A stretch of DNA of 64,000 nt from the human T2T-CHM13v2.0 reference genome, Homo sapiens, in assembly GCF_009914755.1 (NCBI RefSeq), contig NC_060945.1; one strand, given 5' to 3'. This document shows positions 51,175 through 64,000 of the stretch, one piece after another (within the stretch, counting starts at the first letter, position 1; each line of letters opens with the position of its first letter). Made by a program: the position numbers and the translations under genes. The notes under the pieces were generated by a model. It was not told where the DNA came from, made no database searches, and saw nothing but the letters and a program-made list of their open reading frames with translations.

Positions 51175-51350
51175 ATGGTGTGTAGCTAAGAACAAACCAG
51201 ATTCAATCACAACTCAGCCACTGATTGGCCGGGCGACCACAAGGCCAAGCAAGCTACTTAACCCTCAGTTTCCTCACCTACAAGATAGAGATCGTGAATC
51301 CACCTCACAGTGTTGACATAGGATTCAATGATATAACTCATGCAAAAAAG
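51175..51350 (+). mobile_element. MIR
   Basis: CTTAACCCTCAGTTTCCTCACCTACAAGAT. Confidence 0.75.
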
Positions 51351-51787
51351 CTTAGCTCTCTACAGGAGATATTATCATCAGCATGAATAATTAGATTCTA
51401 AGACCAAGAAGTATAAATGTTAAAAGATATGAAAGGTCAAGGAAATTTTAAAACTAGAAGACCTGGAAACTGGATAAACAAAGAGCAAAGAGAGATCAAG
51501 AAAAAAAAAAGTAAATGTATTCTTCTTAAGCCAAGCTCACTGGTGTCATTCACAAACACAGGGAATTCTTGACCAAAAAGATGACTAAGATAACTACTTC
51601 AACCAGCACACTCTGGAGCCCATGGAATTGGAAGAGCACTCATTGAGTGTAGACATTGCAGAGAATTGTGGGGGAAAAAATCAGTGGATCAGCATTACCG
51701 TCTTAGATGTTTAAAGCCTCTGAAGTTTTCTTAGATGGAAAGATCATCAAAGGTTACTATTCCAGCTCATTTTAAAAGCTGATGCCA

Positions 51788-52098
51788 GGCCGGGCACGGC
51801 ATCAGATTTTTTTTGTAATCCTAGCAGTTTGGGAGGCTGAAGCGGGCGGATCACCTGAGGTCGGGAGTTCGAGACGAGCATGGCCAACACAGTGAATGAA
51901 ACCCCGTCTCTACTAAAATTACAAAAATTAGCCGGACGTGGTGGCGGGTGCCTGTAGTCCCAGCTACTTGGGAGGCTGAGGCAGGAAAAATGCTTGAACC
52001 CAGGAGGCGGAGGTTGCACTGAGCCAAGATCTTGGGCCACTGCACTCCAGCCTGGGCGACACGGTGAGACTCTGCCTCAAAAAAAAAAAAAAAAAAAA
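51788..52098 (+). mobile_element. Alu (AluS-type) with rewritten 5' end
   Basis: Dimer; TSD GCTGATGC; A-box region replaced. Confidence 0.92.
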
Positions 52099-52319
52099 GG
52101 CTGATGCGCACAACAGGAAACGACCAACTTGCTCAAGGTCCCACAGCTTGCTGGAGACAAAGCTCTGATTACAACCCAGGCACTGATGGCTGCCCTCATA
52201 GTTTTCTGCCCAGCACGACTCCTCTTCACAGCAGGAAATCAGCCACCTACACAGGCTCCCTCCCCATTTCCATCTCTCTTCCCCTCCCTAATAGCACTCT
52301 CTCTAAACTCACGCACTCT

Positions 52320-52325
52320 CACACA

Positions 52326-52357
<32 letters not shown>
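52320..52357. repeat. (CA)n microsatellite
   Basis: Directly visible. Confidence 0.9.
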
Positions 52358-52360
<3 letters not shown>

Positions 52361-52389
52361 GCATCTGCATCTTTTTCCTCCCTTCCATA

Positions 52390-53240
52390 TCTTTTTTTAA
52401 GGTATAAGAAATACATATACCATAACATCTATCATCTTAACCCTTCTTAAGTGTACAGTTCAGTGTTATTAAGTACATTCACATTATTGTGCAACTATCA
52501 CCAACATCCATCTTCCGAACTCTTTCCATCTTGCTAAACTGAAAGTCTATACCCGTCCAACACAAACTCCCTTGAATTTCACTACTCTAGGTCCCTCATA
52601 CAAGTGGAATCACATAGTATTTCTCTTTCTGTGTCTGGCTAATTTTACTTAACGTAATGTCTTCAAGATTCATCCATGTTGTAGCATGTGTCAGAATTTC
52701 CTTCCTTTTTGGCCAGGCACAGTGGCTCATGCCTGTAATCCCAGCACTTTGGGAGGCTGAGGCAGTTGAATCACTCAAGGTCAGGAGTTCAAGACCAGCC
52801 TGGGCAACATGGTGAAACCCCATCTCTATTAAAAATACAGAACTTAGCCAGGCATGGTGGCGCAAGCCTGTAATCCTAGCTACCTGGGTGGTTGAGGCAG
52901 GAGAATCACTTTAACCGGGAGGCAGAGGTTGCAGTGAGCCGAGATCGTGCCACTATACTCCAGCCTGGGCGACAGAGGGAGACCCTGTCTCAAACAAACA
53001 AACAAAAAACTCCCTTCTTAAGGCTAAATCATATTCCACTGTACGTATACACATTTTGTTGACCCACTCAATCAACAGACACTTGGGTTGCTTCCTCTTT
53101 TGGCTATTGTGAATAATGCTGTTATGTGCGTGGGTATGCAAATATCTCTCTAAGTGTCTGCTTTCAATTCTTTTGGGTAGAGACCCAGAAGTGAAATTGC
53201 TAGATCATATGGTAATTCTATTTTTAATTTTTTGAGGTGC
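52390..53240 (-). mobile_element. L1MB-like 3' fragment interrupted by an Alu (52711-53010, plus)
   Basis: Antisense relic ORF fragments [29 protein letters not shown] and LKIELPYDLAISLLGLYPKELK match the L1 ORF2 C-terminus. Confidence 0.9.
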
Positions 53241-53252
53241 ATGCACCTTTTT

Positions 53253-53286
<34 letters not shown>

Positions 53287-53557
53287 AGACAGAGTCTTTC
53301 TCTGTCGCCCAGGATGGAGTGCAGTGCAAGGATCTCAGCTCATGAAACCTCTGCCTCCTGGGTTCAAGCAATTCTCTTGCCTCAGCCTCCTGAGTAGCTG
53401 GGATTACAGGCACCTGCCACCATGCCCCGCTAATTTTTTTGTATTCTTAGTAGAGATGGGGTTTCACCATGTTGGCCAGGCTGGTCTTGAACTCCTGACC
53501 TCAAGTGATCTGCCCACCTCAGCCTCTCAAAGTGCTGGGATTACAGGTGTGAGCCTG
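53253..53557 (-). mobile_element. Alu (AluS-type)
   Basis: Antisense dimer with long poly(T). Confidence 0.93.
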
Positions 53558-53639
53558 TAAAAGGGACCATGTCTGGTCCCTTTTAAAATTATATCACACT
53601 TCTCCATAACTACAACTAATAGCAAAATATGTTTTCTTT

Positions 53640-53790
53640 TTTATTCAACTAATGTTTATTCAGCACCAATTATATGGTAGGCCTTGGGCTATGTACCTGG
53701 GATACGATCAATCATGACCTAAAGTCATGGTCCCCGTCCTCTTGGGACTCACAGTCTAGCAGGAGGGACAGACAGGAATCAGATCACAGG
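53640..53790 (-). mobile_element. L2 3' end
   Basis: ATTCAACTAATGTTTATTCAGCACC...CTCACAGTCTAG. Confidence 0.7.
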
Positions 53791-53902
53791 CAGCTATCTG
53801 GAGCAGACAGACAACAGTGAAACTGACGCAGGCAGCAGTAACTCTGCCATCAATCATATTATGGGAAGGTGTTTTAGGGTGGTAGCCCAGGGGTGGGTGT
53901 GT

Positions 53903-54348
53903 GCTGTGGGTTGAATTGAGTGCCTTAAAAGATATGCTGAAGTCCTACCTGTCCTACCTCCCAGAACCTGTGACTGTGACCCAACTGGAAATAGGGTCTT
54001 CGTAGACATAATCAAGTTAAGATGAAGTCATACTGGCTTAAGGTGGGCCCTATTCTAATGACCAATGTCCTAATAAAAAGAGGGAGACTTGGACACAGAC
54101 AGACATGGGGAAGGAGGACATGGAAGACACAGACAGGGACAGGAAGGACGCAGCTGCACACTGAGGAAGCCACCAGAAGCTGGAAGAGGGAAGGACAGGT
54201 TCTTCCTTAGAGCCTTCAGAGTGAACGTGGCCCTGCTCACACCTCAGTCGTGGACTTCGAGCCTCCTGAACTGTGGGAGACTACATTTGCATTGCTTGAC
54301 GCTTCCCCTCCATGGTACTCTGTTAGCACAGCCCTAGGAAACCCTACA
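53903..54348 (+). mobile_element. MaLR solo LTR (MLT1B/C-like)
   Basis: TGTGGGTTGAATTG...GGAAATAGGGTCTT...CAAGTTAAGATGAAGTCATACTGG...GCCCTAGGAAAC. Confidence 0.85.
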
Positions 54349-54414
54349 GGGTGGAACGTAGTCCTAGGTTGGATTCTTTTCTACCTTTCCTTGGAGTGGG
54401 GAGGAGAGAGATAG

Positions 54415-54752
<338 letters not shown>

Positions 54753-56092
54753 CATCTTGAAATTTCTAACCAACTTTCGATCCTGGCCTGTGGACCTGAG
54801 TCTCAGCTTCTGACTCTGTAGGGTGAGTGTGCCCTTAGACTATATCCGAGATCCTAGCGTTGAAGTGGTCCTAAGGTTCCCACGGAGTCTTTTTCAAGCT
54901 AGCCCACAGGGCAGTTCCTGATCACCCCCATGGGAGACCTATGCGCACACTATTGGTATTAAGATATGACTTGCTGCAGGACATTTAGCAAACTGGGCTG
55001 TGCTACGAACTCACCTGCCCCTCCCCCATGCCTTGTCATGAACAAAAATGCCTCCACCCCTATGTCTAGAGAAGCCAGCAAGAGGTGAGACCCCCTGGAG
55101 GGAATGAGTCTTAAAGCTGGGTCATAGAGCAGGCCACTGATTTTCCATGAGATCTATGTTTGAATACATTTGGAGTATCTGCGTGCCTCCGTGGTGGAGA
55201 TTATGGGGTATGGAGGGCACCCTGCACAATGGTTCTTCAGGACTACCCGACAAACCCTACCTGCTGAGACTGGGAGGTCACCCCAGGGAGACTCACCCAT
55301 TTAGGGAACCACTACTACAGCTGGGAGTGTCTCACCCTGTTGGATGGATCAGGCATGGCATGGGGAAGCCTCCTGAATATGACATGGAAAAAGGAAGCAG
55401 ACATCCCCCGGCAGAGGTGCAAACCCAGCTCTCCTGGAGTCCTGCAAAGCCCCCAGGACCCACTCAAGGGCCATGTGAGCACCAAGTCACCTGCCTGGCA
55501 CAGGCGCCACTTCCCACCCGCTCCTCGGGCACCCAACTGTTCCAGCACTCATCACTGCACCTCCTCCGCCACTGTCAACACAAACACCCACACCCAGGCA
55601 GGAAGTAAAAATAACCAGCCGTTTCATAGCATGTCTCATGCCTCATCTCCTTCCCGAGGCACGCCTCTCTCAGTCCCCTGCAGGCATCAAGGACCCACAG
55701 AGAGGAGAGAGAGGCAGGGAGTTAAGACAGTTCCAATGCCCTGTGCTTTGTCTACACTGTCAGACAGAGATCATCTCTAAAAGGGATAAAAGTCAGAGGC
55801 CCTTCCCTTGCAACAAAGACGGGGCTGCATGTTTCTCTCTCAGGGGCGCCCCCTACCTGGAAGGACAGTTCTTTCTACCAGTAAATTCCACGTGCCTGGA
55901 GAGCCGCAGAACTTCAGGGATGAGTCAGCCAATTACCGCTGGGCCCCTCCCCACCACGAGAGTGTGTTTATCTATCTCAGGCAGAGGTACTAGTGCCCAG
56001 GCAGAAAAGACATGAAAATCACAACCCCAGACCAGAACTAGCATCTTTTATGAGGCACAGCCATCAAAGGACCTCCTGACAGCAAAGCCTGG

Positions 56093-57295
<1,203 letters not shown>

Positions 57296-57424
57296 AGCCC
57301 TAGGAAACCAGGGTGAGCAGTTGGCTGGGCACTAAAGGTTCAGACCTCTTGAGGCCGCTTAGCCATACATAGAAAGCCTCCGTCAACACTATTTCCTTCT
57401 AATAAAATTCAATAATTGACTTGC

Positions 57425-57660
57425 AATACAGCCTAGCAGAGGAATTCTTAGTGCGGACTCTGTGGCCAGACTGCCTGGGTTCAGAACCTTGGTCTGTCCC
57501 TTACCAGACATCTGACCTTGGCCAAGACACACCCCCAGGGCCTCAGTTTTCCTCATCTGTAAAAAGGGCATGATAATAATAGTATCTAGCTCATCCTGCT
57601 AGGAAAATCACATGAGGCAATACTTACGCAGCAATCAATGCCTGGCACCGAGTCCAAGCT
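57425..57660 (+). mobile_element. MIR
   Basis: GCCAGACTGCCTGGGTTC...CCTCAGTTTTCCTCATCTGTAAAAAGGG. Confidence 0.85.
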
Positions 57661-58147
57661 ATGCATGGGTTTGATAAGTCCTGACAAAGAGTTATGTCAC
57701 CGACGTATGCTTCTCTCAGTTGTATGTGAAATCCCGAAGAATCCTGGGTCGGGCCTCCCCGATCCTGGACTGATCATGTGTAACCTTAAAATTCACCAAA
57801 GTTCCAGGAAGGCACTTTGCAGAAAGGGAAAATGTAATAATACAAAGGAAACATTCCTAAATGATTAAAATGTCCCAAACTTACACCTCGTTGCTAGGGC
57901 AAGGGAAAAATATTATAACAACAAAATTTAATTTGAGAATCTATTTGAAAAATCAGCTGGAAGTGACAGGCAGAAATAGACAAGAGAGACACCATCTCAG
58001 CCATGGGCACGAAGGAGAGTGGCAGGTTAGGGTCAAGTGGCAAACCACAGCCCGTGGCAAACTCCTGGGTATGTCACACACAAAAACGTTGACAAGACAT
58101 TTACCTAAGCTGCCTGGGATGCACTGAATTTCCTTATCCTACTGCAA

Positions 58148-59008
<861 letters not shown>

Positions 59009-59239
59009 AAAGACAGTCTTTTCTAACCATAGGGAAAACTATAATGTTCTAAAATAAACAATATGAGACTGGACACTAAAGACTATGAGGAAACAGGCTT
59101 CCAGAGGGCTAACTGCTCTATGCTAAAAATTCAGTGAAGTTTAACATTTACTCTTTTTTAACATAATTCTTAACTTCTAAAGCAATGCTATTTATTTTGT
59201 TTAATAAACATTTTCACACATGCCATATATATATGTTCC

Positions 59240-59430
59240 ATACATATACACGTACCATGTTCCAGACACTATTTTAAACCCTTCACAAATATTAACTCAT
59301 TTAATCCTCACAATGACCCTATGAAATAGGTAAACTATATGACACCATTTTACAGGTGGGGAAACTGAGGCCCAGAGAAGCTACCTGCCCAAAGTTAAGA
59401 GCTGGGATTCCAGTCCACTAGTCTGTGCTG
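59240..59430 (-). mobile_element. MIR
   Basis: CTCATTTAATCCTCACAATGACCCTATGAA...GGAAACTGAGGCCCAGAG. Confidence 0.88.
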
Positions 59431-59789
59431 CTCTAATTGATTTCTTCATCAATTTTCTCACTATCTCAGGTGCCCCTGTTCGCTATTAAGCGAACTTCCT
59501 CTTGAGTTTCAATGCTACCATGTTGTGAAATGCAAACTCTTAAACAAACAGCCCTGCCATTCAGGAGGGTGACCCACAAGCTCTCACCCTTTCAGCAGTC
59601 ATCATCCCTTCCATGTTCTTTAGCAGTAGAATCAGACTGTCAAAATTAGCTCCTTAGAAACCAGAATATACCTATATTGAAAGAGCTAACTTCTGGATCT
59701 GTTTTAATGGAAACTCTTGTACAGATACCATGCCCTTCAGTTGTTTTCTTTAGGGTCAATCTAGACCTACTTGTAAAAATAAGGTTCTG

Positions 59790-60092
<303 letters not shown>

Positions 60093-60494
60093 GTTCTGGC
60101 ACATCCCCCAAAGGCCTGCGACAGAGGGACATTTCTGGAAGGAAAATTCCCTTGTATTTCAAAAGCGGCTCTGACCCCATCCTCCTGCCTCATCCCACCC
60201 TCAATTGTATTTCATGATCTAAGAGGTGAAATTAAGAACAGACTCCCTGACTTGTAGAATCAAAGATGTTTGCCCCCACACATAATGCAAACCCAAGATT
60301 AAAGAAAGTAAAAACCGTTTAAGACCAAAAAGGCAATTATCCAACCAATCTCGTTTAATGAGAGAATTTACAAATTCTAGGTTCTTCCTTCTAGGGTTCT
60401 AAAGATTAGCCACCAATTGCTCAGGGCCAGCAAAGCAGCTGCCACAAATGTTAAGTTCCTAGCTGGAAAGTTAAAAAAATCATATTGATTTTTG

Positions 60495-60768
60495 AACTTT
60501 GGGAGGCCAAAATGGGCAGATCACCTGGGGTCAGGAGTTTGAGACCAGCCTGACCAAGATGGTAAAACCCCATCTCTACTAAAAATACAAAAAAAAAAAA
60601 AAAATAGCCAGGTGTGGTGGCAGGCACCACACCTGTAAACCCAGCTACTCAGCAGGCTGAGGCACGAGAATCGCTTAAACCTGGGAGGTGGAGATTGCAG
60701 TGAGCCAAGATTGCACCGCTGTTCTCCAGCCTGGGTGACAAAGTGAGACGCTTATCTCAAAAAAAAAA
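60495..60768 (+). mobile_element. 5'-truncated Alu
   Basis: Starts at ACTTTGGGAGG; TSD ATATTGAT. Confidence 0.92.
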
Positions 60769-61369
60769 TATTGATCTGAGTTTTGATACAACCACAGTCC
60801 TCCAAACCTCCAGCGTTCTGAACTGCAGAGTGCACGCCTGGAGGTCTGGAGTGTGGTCCCTGCTGATGCAGCTGCGCTGCCCTCTCTCTGCAAGAAAAAG
60901 GCCTCCTGCAGCCCGCAGCTGGGTGGAACCACGGGACAAAGCAGACTTTGTTCCAGCGGAAAGCCGATGTTAGGAGTTGGGAGAGATGGAAAGCAAGATA
61001 GAGTCACTTTATTTCTTGCTTCCAACTCTCATTATGTCTATTACACAGGCACACGACAGCTGCCAGACCCAGAAGTAGGCAGACGGGCCTTGCCTGGTTC
61101 GGTGACTCTTTTGCCAAAGGACATTGTGGATTTGACTACACTTTTGCAGAAACCCAAGTTTGGCCCTGGACCAAAAACCAGTCCTACCCTTTGTTATCCA
61201 CCTTTTACCTTTCTTCGCTATCGACCCACAGGCCCCAACTCCAAAATCATGACCCACCCTCCCCACGCAGCCCTCATGTGCCTGGAGGGCCCCTTCTTCT
61301 TTTGTCTCTCTAGGAAAATCTCACCATCTTCTAGGTTGAGTTAGATACTCTATCCTCCATCCTATTGCA

Positions 61370-61520
61370 CAGAAATCCTCAAAGTGTGGTCCCTGGACCA
61401 GTGGCATCAATATCAAAATCTGTGCACTGTGCCCCAGATCTACTGAAACAGAAGCTTGGGGTGAACCAGCAACCTGTGCTTTCACAAGCCCTCCGGGGGT
61501 GTTGATGCCCACTCAAGCTT
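61370..61520. mobile_element. MER5A (hAT-Charlie)
   Basis: CTCAAAGTGTGGTCCCTGGACCAG...CCCCAGATCTACTGAAACAGAA...CAAGCCCTCC. Confidence 0.75.
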
Positions 61521-61853
61521 TGCCCACTTCAACAGCCATAATCACTACTTTACCTCCTCCCTACTTAGCTTAGGACTCTGTCATTGTAAGTCCCTCAGAG
61601 TCTGGCACAAGCTAGGCACCCTATAAACACCCAATTGTTGAATTAAGCTAAATAACCTCTTCTAAAACTTGAAAGGGCAGTGTGAAATCGACAACTTTAC
61701 AGGCTGCTGAACCTCCACCACCATCTTCAGACATGCAGCGCCAGCAACACCCAGGAATCCTGCAGAATAAAATCCTGCAGAATAAAGCCAGACTCGGTCA
61801 GAATTTCCATGGAGCAAGTGATTTGGGAAAAATTAATATGTGGCTCCTGTTCA

Positions 61854-62544
<691 letters not shown>

Positions 62545-62839
62545 TCAAAAGGAGTCTTCACTGGCTCCATCAGGACAGCAGAGTTGAACCACTCCCTAAG
62601 GAAGAGAATTCTCTAAGAGAAATTAACCCACAGTATTTGGTGTAACGTCCTCTTGCCTCATTAGAGCCACTGATTCCAAGCTTCCACCCTGCAAAACTCA
62701 ACACACTATTGGTGCTCACACAACTGGACTTACCCTAAAAAAAAAAAAAAAGAAGGAGAAGAAAAGATAGATAAAAATCAGAATAAAATTGAATAACAGG
62801 GCAGCACAGCACAAAATCCTTAGAAATATAATGAATTCA

Positions 62840-63242
<403 letters not shown>

Positions 63243-63324
63243 CTAAAGGCAGACCACACAAGTGTTCCCTGCTCCATCACACGATCTCAGGAGATCTGTG
63301 TAAAGAGCTTTAAAACAGACTGAG

Positions 63325-63445
63325 GGTCATGGCTCGTGCCTGTAATCCCAGCACTTTAGGAGGCCAGAACAGGAGAATCACTTGAGGCCAGGAGTTCAAG
63401 ACAGCCTGAGCAACATGACGAAACCCCGTCTCTGTAAATAAATAA
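63325..63445 (+). mobile_element. Alu left monomer (FLAM/AluJ-like)
   Basis: Single left arm with (TAAA) tail. Confidence 0.85.
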
Positions 63446-63517
63446 ATTGTTAAAACTTTAAAACGGTCCTATAATATAAAAATATTAATGGATGATACTA
63501 TTACTATGATTACTCAT

Positions 63518-63684
63518 TGTGGAAGACTAAAACTGTCCCCAAAGTTATCCCCAGGCCCTAAAGAGGGAGGCAGAGGGAGAGTCCACGTAGATCTAAGAGA
63601 AGAAAACACACGCAGAAGAGGAAAAAGCTATGTGACCACAGCGGCAGAGATGGAGCAATACAGTCACAGGCCAAGGAATGCCGG
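63518..63684 (+). mobile_element. MLT1-like LTR fragment
   Basis: CTATGTGACCACAGCGGCAGAGATGGAGC...CAGGCCAAGGAATGCC. Confidence 0.6.
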
Positions 63685-64000
63685 TACCATGGTAGAATAT
63701 GAAACACCCAAATATGCCACTTTGGCTTAAGGAAAGTTTTGAATTAAAGACACTTAAACAACAGATGCAAGAAGGGCACTCTGACCTCCTTTTTCTTCCT
63801 GCAAGCCAGAAATAAAACCATGCAAAAGATGTCCTTCTTGTACCAGGAGGAAGGAAACTTTCTTATCAACAGAGATGGCGAGTCGAGGCCAAGAGAAATC
63901 TGTACAAACAAACCTTGTTAAACTAACCCTTATCTTCCTAGTCACTCCTCCATGATCAACTTCCTTAGCCCAAACCCCTCTGCCTAGCCACGTTTCCACA
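63685..64000 (+). mobile_element. ERV1 LTR, MER34-family-like, cut by the window edge
   Basis: AGAATATGAAACACCCAAATATGCCACTTTGGC...TTTTGAATTAAAG...CAGATGCAAGAAGGGCACTCTG. Confidence 0.65.

Noticed and set aside
52596-53413. Peptides resembling the L1 ORF2 C-terminus
   Set aside because: Fragmented antisense L1MB relic, interrupted by an Alu and frameshifted; not a functional CDS
61756-61786. 15-bp tandem duplication AATCCTGCAGAATAA; similar microduplications at ~41473-41503 and ~21308-21332
   Set aside because: Ordinary slippage duplications with only two or three copies; no repeat-spacer (CRISPR-like) architecture

Overview
This is human non-coding DNA, either intronic or intergenic. It is identified as human by a near-perfect AluYb8 at 33541-33842, a human-specific subfamily. 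I find no credible protein-coding exon, tRNA/rRNA gene, CpG-island promoter or CRISPR array. Most ORFs in the track are Alu translations, low-complexity tracts or chance frames. The window holds about 60 Alu elements or fragments (roughly a quarter of its length). It also carries many older repeats: L1M, L2, MIR, MaLR and ERV solo LTRs, and the DNA transposons MER20, MER58A, MER63A, MER1B, MER5A, Tigger3b and MADE1. The stretches most likely to be functional are repeat-poor, motif-dense islands at about 12.7-13.0 kb and 21.4-24.3 kb that resemble conserved developmental enhancers. Other notable items are a MADE1 (miR-548-type) hairpin, a possibly polymorphic AluYb8 nested in an older Alu, a quasi-palindrome that overwrote an Alu A-box, a trimeric Alu, multi-layer transposon nests, a ~310-bp homopurine tract and a small cluster of stem-loops at 59.5 kb. 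I cannot support a previously undescribed biological system, and I cannot name a host gene. Repeat family calls are by-eye matches to remembered consensus sequences. Boundaries are approximate: about +/-10 bp for Alus and wider for old elements.
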